Counted from the first letter of the stretch, positions 1 through 14,892 are shown. The stretch: 64,000 nucleotides of DNA from Dipteris shenzhenensis (GCA_047967505.1 CM106538.1); one strand, 5' to 3'. Numbers and translations are program-made. Notes: generated by a model from the letters alone, not told the origin.

Positions 1-388
1 TAGCTGCACAAGTTTCTTATATGAAACAAGATGAAAATATCAAATTAAATAATGTAGACTAATGCATTAATGCAAACTACAATGGTCTCTTTATGTAATT
101 GAGCATTCTACATTCTTATTTTCTTTGTACAATCTTGATGTGGAGATGGATACATTAAGTACTAGTATGATATTAGAGGTTGGTCAATCCCCAGAAAGAA
201 CCAAGATACAAAAAAGTTATTAAAAATACATTTAAAAGTCCCCTCTTTACTCTATTTTAAGCATCTTTCTTTAAAGTTGCGTTTTAAAAAATCCCCTTTG
301 CTAAATGAACGTACTATATTTATGGATTATTTTTAATGGATCCCATTTTTACTACACCTTTGGAGGAAGCTTTCCTCCTAGACATCTT

Positions 389-1722
389 GATGAGGGGATG
401 CATATCACAATGGAAGAATGGGATTATGCTAGAGGATGCATTCAAAAGGTCGGTCTATAGAATGTTATGCATAAGTTAGGAGCTTTCAACAATTTAAATT
501 GCTTATTCAATTGATTTTGTCTTGGTGTAGTGTACTATGTTCAATGCTATATGGTGTGAGGGCAAGCATTTTCAAACACAACGGATTGATGATAAGAGAA
601 ACACACAAGATTATGGCATCATTGCTAGCTTTGAGGGAGCCAATGGAACCATGGATGATTATTGTGGCATAATCCGAGATATTACTAAGCTTGACTTTTA
701 GTGCTTCTTTGTGTATGTTTTGGAAGTCAAGTGGTTTAAGGACATGGTGGAAAGAGGCTCTAATGCAACAATCAAATGCCATGCAAGTGGCTTTGTAACT
801 ATTGACTCCACAAAGTTTTGGCAAAGCAAGAAGGACACACTAGTACCACCGCAACAATGTGAACATGTACTGTACATATATATAAAAATACTCACTTTTT
901 TATATTTGATACTTTCGATGCAAGGAAAATAACATGTTTGTATTTGTGTTTGAACTAGGTTGTCTATCAACCAATGGTGGATAATAATAGGTGGTGGCAT
1001 GTCATACCTATTTCACCACGTTCCAAAGTGATGTATAGTACATTTACTAATATGGAGCGGAGGATGATCATTGCCATGGAGGTGATGATGATCGTTATAG
1101 GAGAGAGGAGGATGATCATGAGATAGAAGATACAGATATTCAGGCCATTACCCATGAGATGAGCACAGTAGCACAAGTAGGAGTCGGCTGAATGTATTCA
1201 TAGATCTCCACATTTGTTTGGATATTGATGTAGATAGTTTGGCAAGGGTTAATCTCATTGAGGATGAGATCGAATTGTAGCCCATCATTTTCATCCAAAT
1301 TTCTTATGTATTAGCAAAACTATTTTATATATTGTCTCATTCTCCTCATCTCACTTAATTTTTATATATGTGTGTTTGGCAAAAAGCATATTATCGAGTG
1401 TGACACGTGCATAGCATTGATATTTTTTAAAAATTATGTGCTTTGGTAATCATGGGCAATGCTTGGAAAGCAGTGATGCACATTTATCAGCTTTTGCTGC
1501 AAAATTTCAAACTTTGCTGTGCGTTTATAAACGCGTCTAAATATGCATCTAATATACAATGTAGATGCACTATGAGATGCATTAATAACCACACTAATAG
1601 ATGCGTTAATAACTGTGCTAATAGACATGCCCATATTTTCATTAGTTCTATCTGTGCCTATAGACACGTCTGCTATTTTGCATATCTATCACGTGCATCT
1701 ATAGCTGCTTTGTCTTGCTGTG
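389..1722 (+). mobile_element. 3'-terminal remnant of the same CACTA-superfamily family as 34406-42409 (DUF4216-type exons, subterminal repeats, right TIR)
   Basis: Colinear with 40604-42409 (e.g. VLEVKWFKDMVERGSNATIKCHASGFVTIDSTKFWQ). Ends in TGTCTTGCTGTG at 1722 (reverse complement CACAGCAAGACAAAGC). Lacks the 41194-41618 insertion and has many CG>TG/CA changes. Confidence 0.9.
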
Positions 1723-3189
1723 TAAAGTAGCTTTCTAGTATTGTATTCGCACTTCAAATTTTGATTCCATGTATAGTTCCATGTAGACCCATTATTATAA
1801 AGTTTAGTTCTTTCATTTTTGGTAAGATGTCATCTTGACCATTGTTGAGGAATGGCTTTCAAAGAAGTAAGAAAGTAGCTTGCTGATACCTTGGCCCATA
1901 CAATTACATGCCTATATAAGTTCATTGTTGTTAACTGAACATGGAGTAGCATGCCTCTTGTGTTTCTCATAGCACTAACATGAATCTTCACCAATATATA
2001 GTTGTCCCATGAAAGCATGGGTGTCATCCAATAACGTTAATGTCTTGCCTTTATAATACTTCTATCTCACAATAATTTTTAGTGAAAATTCAAGGAGGGA
2101 AAAAAAGATCGTATTAGGAAAAGTGGGAATATCTCACCAATGTGGGACTCTCCAAATTGGCTGAGTATAAATAAATTGTTCCTTTTATATGTGTTTTATA
2201 CAATGGAGCTTGATTGAAATTCTCGATGTTGCACTTATATATTAGTAATGTCTTGTAGGTTTTCTTCTGATTGTATAAAATGTTTCCAGCTTGATTGAGC
2301 TCAAGGAATATATGTGCTTTCAAAGTGGCTATGATGGGTTTGGTTTGCATGCTAGTTTCTTTTCCAAATCCTCCTGTGATCAATTTTCATAAGGAAGATG
2401 TTCAATATACAAACTGTGTATGATAGGTGCTTCATTGTATTAATGATGGGTGTTTCTTTGTGAAATGTTGCATGTATATATGTTTCATGAATTATGGAAC
2501 TATTGTGAAGGTTTTCATAGTTGGATTCTCTAATGAGACACAAAGAAAGAGAAGGAAGAAGGATATGAAAGTAAGAAAGACAAGGAAAATAAAAAATAAG
2601 GAAAGGAAGGGACATGAGGATGTAGCATATAATATGAGCCAACCCACATGCATGAAATTGCCAATCTCCAAATACTATCCCATTATGATGTTCACATTAC
2701 AAATAAAGAGATCCAATTGCATGTGCTATGGAATGTAAGTGATCATATCATAACCAAAATGGAGCAAAGACTAGTAGTAAGAGAGTAGTAATCACTAATC
2801 ATTGTAATCGATTTTACATCAATCATAAGCAAACAAAATTCAAGGATCCCCACATATACTAGGCTCCTATTTACACTTCCAAACTCTTATGCTAATAATG
2901 CATAGTTTTTTTGTATACGGGCTTCAAAATTAGTTGCTAACAAATTTGTTTTTTGGCAGCTAACACTCCATTGTTTTGGGTCATCTTTAAAATGGAGAGA
3001 TTAAAAATGAAATGCATATAGGAAAATAGCCCATGGTAGGAAACTCGCCATGTGGATATTTCAAGACATGATATAGATGTTGGCAAAACACCACAAGCAC
3101 TAATGGATCATTAAAACATTTTTGGGAATCTAACTGTTTTCTATGTAAGTAGGTGGTGCCACAAAAAATTTGCAAGGAGGAAAATACAA

Positions 3190-4300
3190 ACCAAGCAAAA
3201 GTAATGATAAACCAATATCAAGCTGGCTGATGAGAACTTATTTGAGTCATGCCACAGAATGGAACCAACCAACCTATTATTTGAGAGATCGAGAACTTTT
3301 AGATGCAGCAAACATTTGATCATTGAAGAAATGAATCCAAATAATGCATTGTTGTCTAGAAGCAAGACCTTTAGACTGGCCAAGCTTCCCACAGTCCACA
3401 TAATGTCTTCTGATAGTTGATTCCTTGAAAGAGAGAAAACAAAAAGGGAACTACCATTGAGGATACCTACAGGGAAAGGCCCTTGTGGCCTGTTGTTTGC
3501 TACGGACAAATACCTAAGAAGTGGGATTAAGTCATCTAGGAAGTTGTCATCAAGACATACGTGGGTCAAGTGGGTGCAATATTTTATTTGAGCTAGCATC
3601 GCATGTGTAAAATGGTTCCCTCATAGCCGCAAAACCGAGAGATTGCTCAGCTTGTCAATCTCTGATATGAAGATAGCGCACCTCCAAGTTGGTTGTAATC
3701 TAGGTTGAGAGTTCTGAGATTGGTATAGTTCAATATGGATGTTTGGATATTGTTGCTAATGAAATTATTGGAAAGGTTGTGAGTTTGGCAAAGTTTCCAA
3801 GTGCCGATGGCAAGCTACCTATTAATTGGTTGTGCGAAGTATCGAGGTTGGGATATAAGCGATTTTAAATGGGAGAGACAAGGAAAAATGATTGTGATTG
3901 AAGAAGAGGTGCTGCAAGGCAGACAAAGAGTTGACGGTGGGGGGTAGGGGCCATGTTGGGAGCAATGGATCAGATCTAGATGGCAAAGATTCAACAATAA
4001 TGGGGAGGGAAGGGGGCTAGTGAGTTGGGAGTTATGGAAGATGTCGATGAGAGCAAGGTTGGATAGCTTTGCGAGGTTGGAAGGGATGATACCGGAGAGG
4101 GAATTGTTGGAGAGGTCGAGGGTGGTGAGGAAAGGCAAGCCAATGAAGAGGAGGGGAAGGATGGAGCCAAGCAAGCCGAGGGAGGGGAGGAGGAGGGAGA
4201 TGGCATGGGAGTGGGAGTTACATGGAACACTTGACCAGACATAGCTATGGGATAGGGAAAGGGAGGACAGAGGCAATCTCTAGGGAGGAGGAGAAGTAGT
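3190..4300 (-). pseudogene. Degenerate plant extracellular LRR gene fragment (RLK/RLP ectodomain-like)
   Basis: ORFs 3815-4276 and 3141-3599 contain plant LRR consensus repeats (LTTLDLSNNSLSGIIP, LKVLLLDNNALFG, LKVLDLSNNRLVG) and a W-x-x-V-x-C N-cap-like motif. Broken by frameshifts and stops; no kinase domain seen. Confidence 0.8.
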
Positions 4301-4469
4301 TGGAGGATGGATGCAAGAGGCCAAGGTAATGATCAACATCAGATTGGCAAGGAGCTCGAGTAAACGATTGCATGAAATAAGGAAATTTTGACGATGGTAT
4401 TTGCGAGTAATGCCACCATTGCAGTGATCACTCCAAGATGTTGCAACCTCAGGCGATTGAGGAGGTTAG

Positions 4470-5682
4470 TTTATGAACTTGATTTAGTATTTTGATTCTC
4501 AATGTCAAATGGTTTAGAACTATCTACAATGGTCCCAATGTTATAGTTAGGAGAGACAGCATTGGTTTCTTTGTCATTGACTCCACTAGACCCTGGACCG
4601 AGGAACGTGATACGTTTGTTCTTCCAAAGCATTGTGAATAGGTGCATACTAATGAATTAATTAAAAGATAATATCTTCGTTTTCAAACAAATATTGATAG
4701 ATGTTCATGTATAAATATTTATATTCTTAAGCATAAATTAATATAATTAATAGCATATAATTTGTATCTTCAACATAGGTGGTCTTTCATCTGGATCATT
4801 TGGATCCAAGATGGTGGTACATGGTCCAAGTTTCTCCTCAAAGCAAATATAGTATTGAAGATAGAAATGTGGATATGGAGATGCCAGTAGAAGATCCAAA
4901 TAATGATGCGAAAGGATGTAGAGAAGAGGATGAAGATGACAATATGGGCCAAGAAGAAGGTGACAATAATGACACTATAATGGAGCAAGGTGGAGATCAC
5001 GACTTTGGGGAAGAAGAGGGAGAACTAGAGGATGAACTAGAGGATCAAGTCTTAGGTAGACATATAATAGGGGATGATGATATAGGTGATCAATTGTATG
5101 TAAGCCTTGAGATAGAGTTATTTCACGCATAAGACTTGGCTCAAGATGAAGCCGTCAATGTAAATGCTACTAATTGATTGTTTTGACATCGATGAGACTT
5201 CCTATGTTTGGCCCTCTCAGTTTTATAGCACTTGACATTTTGTACATTTGTATGTTAAGTTCACCATCAATATATGAGCGTTTTGATCTCAATTTTGGTG
5301 TACATACTCATATTTTTTATCTTCAAATGCCCAAACTTGTGGTCAAATTTTATTTTAGGTCCCTTGGAACTGATGAGTGTTTTGATCTCAAATTTGGTGT
5401 ACATACTCATATTTTTTATCTTTCAAATGCCCAAACTTATGGTCAAAAATTATTTTGGGTCCCTTGGAACTGACGTTCTGTAAAAACGTCGATATGGAAA
5501 ATTTAACCCAGAGTCGTTGGAATCGTCAGTAGAAGCATTGTCAATCATTGATATGTACGTCAGTATACACCAACTAGCATCAACACCTTCCCTGCCCGCT
5601 AATCATACCGATGATTTTTGTGCCCGTGCCTGCAAAGCATCAATAGATAGCATCTAATTTAAGAGACCCGTGTCTTGTAGTG
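4470..5682 (+). mobile_element. 3' remnant of a canonical CACTA element (DUF4216-type exon, acidic last exon, right TIR)
   Basis: VFHLDHLDPRWWYMVQVSP...DDDIGDQLYVSLEIELF matches the minus-strand copy at 31023-31450. Ends TGTCTTGTAGTG at 5682 (= CACTACAAGACA). Contains an internal ~105-bp tandem duplication at about 5275-5475. Confidence 0.85.
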
Positions 5683-8600
5683 GTTGTTCATCAACCGCAA
5701 TGAGAATTGTCTTTCATTCTCTATTTGTTGACCTTTTTGTAGTCTACATAGACTCTCAACTTGCTTAGGTTTATTTGGCATAATTATGATTGAAAATAAC
5801 CAATCTCTTCTACTTACCTAGTAGATAAATCTTCCCCTTAGAATAATAGCTAATCTATTTTAGCTTTTACCAACTTAGCATAATTGGGGTTCATTTGCTA
5901 CCTTTTTGCCAAATTGTCTTTGCTTTTGGAATGAGGAATTTGATGTTGGATCAAATTTTTGGTACCTCCTTTAGGTCCATGTATTTCCAAGGGAATACTC
6001 CTTGCACTTTAGAAAAAGTTATTGGGATCACTCGAGGACTTTGCTAGGAAGTTCTTTGTTGATACTACTAGTTTGGATGATTCAATACGCTGAATTTTCT
6101 TACATTCCCCTTTTTCCATATTCATCTTTGATGAAGCCATTGGGAAGGCCATATTCGGATCTTTGTTTACCACCAATATCATCTTTGCTACCCCACCCTC
6201 ATTGTGTCAATAGTAACTATTGGCATAGTGTTGCGTCTGAGTAGCTTATCTTCAATGTCTAAGGCATATGGGGGGCATATGCCTCTTCTCATTCTAGACA
6301 CTCAAGCTTGCATTCTTTTGGATGATTCTCTTTGTCATCACTATTCATACATCTTGCCCATCGTATGCAATGGTGAGCCATGTGTCAATTCACCAATCAT
6401 GGAACATCTTGTCTCCTCCTCGTCTCCTTTCACACATGATCTTTCAACTAACAACATTGGGTATCCTTGCTCATTCTCCCTCTTGACCATGATGAACGTG
6501 ATTAGGAAGCATGGTCCACATATTTTTATGCATATGTCCTTAAGAACCAACCTTAGCATCACCAATCTCTGATCCATCATGCAAATTCCAAAAGTCGATG
6601 GCTTTACATTTTCCAATTTGAGGTGTCTTTTGGACTTCCTTAAAGATGATGTTTACTTCAGGGCTCCCATCAACGAGTAGTCCCTTTCCCATGTGTGATT
6701 CTAAATTTTGATGGCAATCACAACTACTTCGTCCCAAATCACCATTTTGGTCACCCCCACCCTTGGTCAATGGATTTGCTAGAGATTGCTCATTGATTGT
6801 GAGGTTTTGGAAAAGCTTCACGTAAAGGGAATCAAGATCCATAATTGTCCAATTGAAATCATCACATTAAGTACTTGAATTTTCTCTCAGGTTCTATTGA
6901 CTTGATTCTAAACTACTAGAATGCATTTTGCCTTGTCTTTGCTTTATAATTTGTTCTTGCCCTGTCCTTGCTTTATAATTTGTTCTTGCCTTCATTCCTC
7001 TAGCTATACTTTGGCTCCTCATTTTGGGACTTAGTGTTTCCCATATCTTTGCTTTATAATTTGTTCTTGCCCTATCTTTGCTTTATAATTTGTTCTTGCC
7101 TTCGTTCCTCTAGCTGCACTCTGGCTCCCCATTTTGGGACTTAGTGTTTCCCATATCTTTACAATGGGTTCTTTTTTATTAAGGGCATGGTTGATCTCCT
7201 TCACCATCTTCTTCTCTTCCTTCTAGCAAACTATTGGCTCATTCGGCTTCTTCAAATTTATTTGATGACCGCAGGGGTTCTTTTTTATTAAGGGCATGGT
7301 TGATCTCCTTCACCATCTTCTTCTCTTCCTTCTAGCAAATTTTTATCTCATTTAGCTTCTTCAAATTTGTATTGATTGCTTCTTTAGATTCATCTGATAA
7401 GCCCTTTTTCTTCCATTTCTTGTAGGACCACTATTACAGTAAATTGTCACATGATCATCTAGATCACATGCTTTATAGCATTGTTTCTCCTTGATAAGAC
7501 ATGTTTGCCTCCCTTTCCAGTTGATAGACCTCTATAGTCCTCTTGAAATTGTTGAACAATCATTGTCATCTTCTTCCTCTTCATTGTCCACCTCATGGAA
7601 GAGAGCCTTTTTATTGATATTGGGTTCATTGATTTCCCCTTGTTTATTGTGATTGCATTGTGAAGAGATTCATGGTACGTCATTATCCAATAGGTGATCT
7701 CCATGTTGTGAAACTCTTTAAGATTGCCAAGACCACTCAACAACAACTAGAATTACAATGCTTTTTTTGTCTTGCTCATTGTATGGTTGGTTGATCAGCA
7801 CCTTCATTCATGCTACAAAGTAATACACTAGTTTACCCAACTTCTGTTTGATTCTATTGAGCTTCGTCTCATGAGTCCTCTTTTTTAAACTCATGTTGAA
7901 ACCCCCTCAAGAAAGCTTCCTTCAACTCATCTCATGTGGTGGAATCATCAAGGAGTGATCATTTGGATACTAATCAAACCACTCAGTGAAACTTGTTTAT
8001 AAACATGGTGGGGAAGTACTCTTCCTCCATTGACTTGCAATATTTCAAAAAATTTGCACATGGAATTAGGGATTTGTACATCCCTCTCATCCCATGGACT
8101 TTTCAAATTTCAACCTTATCTTTGGTCCCTCATTTCTTCTACATCTCTTTATGCACTAAGTGATAGGTTCTCAAACATACCCATTCTACTTGTACTAGTG
8201 AACTTTGGACGTCTTTGCCTTCGCAAGGTTAGTGGAGGTCCCCTTTTTAATTTTTCCTAGACTTTACTCAATTTGCCCACTCCCCTTTTTCATCTGAGTC
8301 TCTTCTTGCTCACTATCCTAAGTCCACTAGCTTGATATTATATTCCTAGTATCCACTCATCTCTCTACTACTAATGTGTTTATATATGGAGATCTTGCAT
8401 CTATTGCTTTTGACATTCATTGCGAGTTGATTTGCATCATTCCATGGTTGAAGTTGGTTTGCACTATTCCATCATTGTGAGTTGATTTGTAGTGTTCCGA
8501 GGTTAATAGTTGATTAGCTCATTCATCTGGGGATGCTATTGCATTGCATTTATTTTAGGTATGTAAGGCAAATTGTTGTTTGTAGAGACCAATAAGATTG

Positions 8601-10489
8601 CAAGTTGATCAAAGCAAGTACTACATGCATCGTAAAGAATGGATGCATCATTAGATGCAAAGCAAGTACTACATGAATTGTAAAGAATGGATGCATCATT
8701 AGAAAAGTGCTAATGATTGATCTACTAATCACTGTTGGTGGAATGCGTCCAAGGACATGATATGCTCCATGTTAGAGGTGAAAGCATCAATAATGGATGC
8801 TAACATGGAATCACTTGATGAGTTTGATGCACTAAGGCATGTGTCTCTGCATGCTAGTAGAGATGTGAGAGCTTCATGCATGCATTCAAAAAGAGGGGTC
8901 TTTAAATATAACTTTAGAAAAAAATCACTTCATTCATAAGTAAACAGCTCACTTGTGTCACCCAAGTGTCTACTAGATCGTGTGCAAGCAATTCCATAAG
9001 AAAAAGGAAAGAAAGGGGAGAGGGGGAGAGAAGGGAAAAGAGAGCATGAGGGAGGGAGATGGGAGCAAGGGAGAGTGGCAATCACAAGACAACTCACAAG
9101 AAAGAACAAGGAAACTCAATGCAAGAGAATGAGAGAAAGGAGAGCTTCTATTTCATTCCTTGAAAGTACACAATGAAGACCACCATACAAGTGCATATTG
9201 CAAGCAATAAAATATGAGAATCTAAGGTTCTTTGCACACTAATAGTAGTAGGGAACTTGAGGTTTTGCTTGAAGCTTTGTAACCTTCCTATTGGACTGAC
9301 TTTGACTTGTTCTTGATGGGCTTCTTCACTCTGATATACCAAAGATTGGATGACTCATAAGAGGTAGTCATTTAACAATTAAATCAATGATCACAATCAA
9401 GTGTCATATGCAATGAGCACATCACCCCCATAAATGCAAATGAATCCAACTTCCAATCACTTCTATGAATTTCAATCCTTCAAAACTAACTTCCACCAAT
9501 AGGAAATACTATAGCTAGCATAAAGTGTTTGCATTTTGATTCACATTTGCTTTAAAAAGCCCAAAATATGTTGCAAAAAAGTAACAATCTTTGAGCATCA
9601 ATTTCTCACCAACATAAGTCCAATCAAGGGTCTTTTTGAGCTCAAATGAAGCCCTTGTACCAGAGATTTAGCAGAGCAAAGAAGGAGCAAAATGTTGCGC
9701 CTAGTCACCATAGAAAGTGTGGCCATTACCGATTGGTTTTTTGTCGATTTCTCCTCGCTCAGTGGACCAATTCATCTCATATTTGAACTGGAGCTAGTTC
9801 ATAGTGTCACACAACTATGGCTAAGAGGAATTAGAGTGTTGTTACTCCAACAAGCAACATTATGCAAAATATCAGTGACCTACAAGTGGTAACACGGGCT
9901 ATAGATGAGATCATTCCCTAATTGCTTTGGACCAGGGGTTTGGCTAGTCAAGAGGAGTCTTCAACTCAAAGGGCTTGTAGAATGGTGCAGTGGAGTGGGG
10001 GAACAAGCTCAAGGAAAAATTGGGGCAAAAGGAGGAAGGAATAATGAATAAGGAGAGGTGGGGAAGAATGAATAAGGAGAGAGGTGGGGAAGAAGATAAT
10101 GATGTGGCATAGTGAGGGATGAAGGCTCCAAGAGGGTGGCGAGGTTCTGATAACCCATGAAGGAAACTAAATGGAAGCATAATGGGAAAAAGAGAGTTTT
10201 ATTCATGAGTAGAGGTTGCCTTAAGTAGGGAAGTGATACAATGCATGTGCCCAAGAGAGAGATCATCTCCAAGTCCACTAATTTCACCACCACTGATTTC
10301 TCAATTAGGTCCATGATTCTCTCGATCATCTGATATGACTTTGAGATGACCAATCCTCTACCATTGACTATCAATCTTTCACCATATGGTTTCAGACCTT
10401 GACATGAATCTCAAGTACCTCTTCACCCCAAATTGTTCTTATAATCACTTCAATGTTTGATGCTAGGGGTGTGGCTGGGGTTGCTACTC
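5683..10489 (-). mobile_element. Highly decayed Ty3/gypsy LTR retrotransposon (LTR-like region, gag, protease, start of RT)
   Basis: Minus-strand remnants LLVDGSPEVNII and YPMLL (retropepsin-like, 6400-6700), and MNPNYAKLVK (RT N-terminus, ~5850-5900). GGGGTTGCTAC at ~10478-10488 resembles an LTR terminus. Boundaries approximate. Confidence 0.55.
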
Positions 10490-13075
10490 TGTCAACAGAT
10501 TTGGATGGGGAGACACTTCCATTAGTTGGCAATCACAGTTGTCATATTTAGCTTGCAAAACTTCTCCTATGCTATGTTGATCCGCACTTGCTTTATAGTT
10601 CAGTTTAGGTTTCATTGCCCCCCCCACTCAGTCAGTTGTTCTAGTCTATTGGCTACCTTTTGAGTTCTTGTCGGTTTGAGCTTTCTCCCACTTTGATGAG
10701 TGGTTTGTTCTTCTTTAGCTCATGGGCTATTCTTTTTTGTCCTTTTCCAATGAAATTGTTGTTCTTTTGGCTTCTTTGGTTCTATTTTGGATGGACCTCA
10801 TGATTGGGTGACTACTATTGGTCTACCTTGGTTATCACTGTACTTGCTTGATGTGCACAATCTTCTTACATGCATGTTTTGTGAGCATGTCAAGTTTCTT
10901 TTTGCATAACTGCCACTTGCATTTTTGGTGACCCTCCTCCCACATAAGAAACACTATGTCAGTGCTTTTTAGTGTTTTGACCTGGTAGGCCTTCTTCATC
11001 TCCTATTCCGCTTTTAAACATATACCATTTGCATTTCTTGGTTTACAACAATCTTTCGCTAAGTAGCTAAGGTAAATTCAAATTTTGCACCCTATGCTTG
11101 ACTAACACTCACTTCCCATTTATGAATCTAGGTCTTGCATTGTGGTACAAGGTCCCACCTTTTATTAGGTTTCCTCAAATTTTTATTGATCCAACCTTTC
11201 TCAACATTGGTTTCCTTTCTTGGCACTAGTTTGTCTCCTTGTTCATCATTACTCTCCAATTCTTGGGTGGGTCACTTCTTTTTTCTTTGAGACTTTGAAT
11301 TTTCCTTTTCTAACACAAGCACTCATTGAAGCAACTCATCATACTATGTCATTGGGTGTGCTATCGCAATGTTATGTAGCCCCATTCCCAAGGTGAGGCC
11401 ACTCATTGGCCAAGACCAGAATGTCATCTCATCTTGTGATTTGGTGAGCTAGTTAGTTTGCACCCTCATCTTTGCTATAAAGTCATACAGCATGTCACCC
11501 TTTGTTTGGTTGAGGTCATTGAGCTGTAGCAAGACACCCTCCTTACATAATTCATGATGGATCCAAGGCTTGCACAAGCTAATACCCTCTACTAGTGCAT
11601 GCAAAACCTCTACTATTGATGTCAATAGTATATATGACTTGGTACATTAGTGCAGTGAGCCTCCTGCTATACTATGGAAAAGCACTATGGAAAAGCACTA
11701 CAAGGCACCGCCTCCATAAACAGACCCAACAAATGGGATGTAGCTTAAAATAGTGGGGGGATGAGTGTGGAACCTTTGAATAGATGGTTTAGAATTTAAT
11801 TGTGGCTGAAGGTAAGCTCACAAACCAAAGGATGAAGCAAGTAGAGGAAGCTCCATATGAAGGATAAAGGGATCTAATTAGCAAAGGACTTAGCAAAGAA
11901 GAGAGCAATAGAAACCCATCAATCCATTAGCTGTACCAAATGCTTGAAGCCCAGGCCATGCTTTAAGGTCATCATGACCATGTGCATGAGGCAGCAGGTG
12001 ATAACAGCCAAGGACTGCGATGCTAGGCAATAAGGGAAATAGCACTACATGATAAAAGGAGTCAAAGGCAAGGGTTGACATGGTCATTGAGGCTCGTGCC
12101 ATTACAAAGGATGCCACCATCGACCTTGCACATTGTCAAACACTATGAAATAAATGTTGATTATAGTGTCCAAAGTTTTGAAATAATGATCAAAAAGTGT
12201 GTCTACTTGTGTTCATAAATGTGTCAAAATTTTGATCGAGGTAGCAAAAATAGCATGGAAATATTTAAAGATAGGGGCGCATATTTTGACATTGGTTTTA
12301 ATTCTAATTTTTGTGTTTTTGTCTCCACACTTTTCATAGTCTTTTTCTTTTTTCTAATCCAAAATTTTCATAAGAAATCCATTTTACTTAGAAAATGTGA
12401 AAACCATACATAATAGCTCTAACTTGGAACCATTACTCACATACTACACTAAAAGAGACAACATGAGTTATTGGTTCATTTGTGTGCTTGATGTTCATGA
12501 GTAATGGGAATTGAATTAAAAATTTCCTCCTATGATAATTTGCTTGATGAATCCTTCGATTAACATCACATTTGGAGCATGGTAACCTTGACAAGTGCCA
12601 GCCATATTATGTGCAAACTATCATAGTAAGAGTGGCCCTTTCACATTGCTATTGTGACCAAATTATTAGCTTAATACCTATAAAGATTATGTAATGGTTC
12701 ACGGCACAAATCTAGAAAAAAAGTTTTCTTTTGAATTGGCCGGATGTTTTTTTTTAAATTGAAATAAAAAATGTTGTAAATCAAAATTCCAACCAGCTAG
12801 TTAAAGGTAATCAAGGTAACCACAATCCCCCTCACGAGATCTCCATCCAAAATCAAAACATTCACAATATTTGAAGTTATCAATCACCGAATGAGACTAC
12901 TCATGTTGCAAGAATAGAAAAATGATACAGAGTACACTATACTAACACGTGAAACCAAATGGAGGTCTCAGGTACCCACTTTCAAACAAGATAGAGTTAG
13001 CTAGTTCCCGCATAGTTACATGAGAGTGGAGCATTGATATCTAACAGACAAGATTAAAAACCAAACAAAAAAGTG

Positions 13076-13096
13076 ATGGTGTGGAGGAATATTGCA

Positions 13097-13129
<33 letters not shown>

Positions 13130-13330
13130 AAGAGACAGACAAAGAGAGAGAGAGAGAGTCAACCACTTTAAAGTCTACATTCAAATCCATATTGGAGCTG
13201 ATGAGGAGAAGAAAAGTATCAACATATTGTCCAATAGGAAAAACGTACTTCCAAGGATTCTTAAAATGCCTAATTTTTGCTTTGCCCAATTTGAAGCATC
13301 GCTAAGGCTACCCAGAGGGTAGGCCAATAA
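13076..13330. repeat. (GA/GACA)n microsatellite plus ~170-bp segment repeated at 14985-15160
   Basis: CACTTTAAAG..CATTCAA.TCCATA..GGAGCT..TGA.GAGAAG...AGTATCAACATATTGTCCAATAGGAAAAA occurs after a GA tract at both sites. Confidence 0.85.
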
Positions 13331-14549
13331 TGAGTGCTAAGCTTACTAATCTAGAGTATGTGGATTTAAGTAGAGCCATGCCTTAGCTTAAAGATTTACC
13401 TATATTTTGGAAAAAACTAAGCTCTGTAAAAACTAGTGGATGAACTTGGTAAGACTTAGTATGTCCCAAATAAGCTCATGGCATGAAAGCATAGAGCTAG
13501 TGGTGTAGAGAGGGGAAGACGAGGAGTTTCAAGACAATGATATCTGGTGCAAGTGTGAGCACTCTAAAGTTTTGGCAGGACTAAAAACTCAACCCAAATG
13601 TAAGAGCAAGGCTAGAAATGTGCCACTGGTTGCTCTTAAGGCTTTAATCCTGCGTAGCTTTGGTGCTTAAATTGGCCCTCATTTTGGAGGATATAGATTT
13701 GAGCAATTTTGAGTCCAGCTAATCAGAGATTTCCATTTGGCTTTGACGGTTGCCTTCAATGCTGCTCCATCAATCTAAAGCTCACAAGCTACTCTTTGTC
13801 CAGCTAATGAAAAATGGTCACCTACAAACTCTGCAGCACTACAGCTCATACATAGCTCCCTGTAGATTGTCAGATGTTCCCCAAAGCTCAACTAGATGCA
13901 TTAAAGACTCAAAAATAGGAGTTGGCACTTCAGAGTTGCACCAAAGGCACATTATCGGCTCTAATACTATCCGAATCGGAAAGTTCTTGGTAAATGGTGA
14001 GCAATCTAGAGGTTATAAGTAGAACCAAGTTCATGCAACCCACCCATGAACGCGAGGAGGCAGGCTTATTAAAGAAATTTTAGTCACATGTTTTTAAATT
14101 TGAGTGGACCTTGGCACTTTATGTAGTTTTATGGAAGCACCTGCCGACCCTGGCACTTTATACACTAAGCAATCCCACTAAATTCCTAAATGCATGTCGA
14201 ATGAGCATTTGGGTACTGGAATGTGAGCATCTAGATTCTTTGCACTATGGAATTCAATCTCATGACACCTTTCGAACTCTAAACTGAAGCCCATGTCAGT
14301 CCACAAGACTCAAAAATATTATTCAGCATGATTGGATTGGTGGGGTGGGGTACATCAGTGTTTTTGGAGAAGGGCGAACCGAGCATTTTTGCTTTTGGGT
14401 CGGCAAGTCATAGAGCTGGAGCATTGTTGGCTCTATGAATGCATGGAAATGGATAACCCAGGAGGGGATAGATCAAACCACAGAGCTAAAACAAGGTGAA
14501 TTATATTTAATCATTCAGAAGTCTACCCAAGAGAAAAAAAGAAACCACT

Positions 14550-14892
14550 GGAGATGGTGTGGAGGAAGACTGCAGGGGATAAAGGAGAAGGAGAGAGAGA
14601 GACAGAGAGAGAGAGAGGGGGGGGGGGGGGGGGGAGAGTGGAGCAAGAAAAGGTGGAGATAGTGTGTAGGAAGACTTCACAAATTAAAGAAAGGGGGGGA
14701 GAGAGACAGACAGATAGATAGACAGACAGACACACAGATAGACAGAGATAGACAGAGAGAGACAGAGACAAAGAGAGAGAGAGAGAGAGACAGAGGCAGA
14801 TAGAGAAAGAGAGAGAGAGAGAGGGGGGGCAGGGGGAGCGAGAAAAGGTGGAGACATTGTGTAGGAAAACTTCACAAGATAAAGAAGGGGGG

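Noticed and set aside
10490-12130. Possible LINE remnant
   Set aside because: No convincing RT or endonuclease motif could be read; left unannotated.
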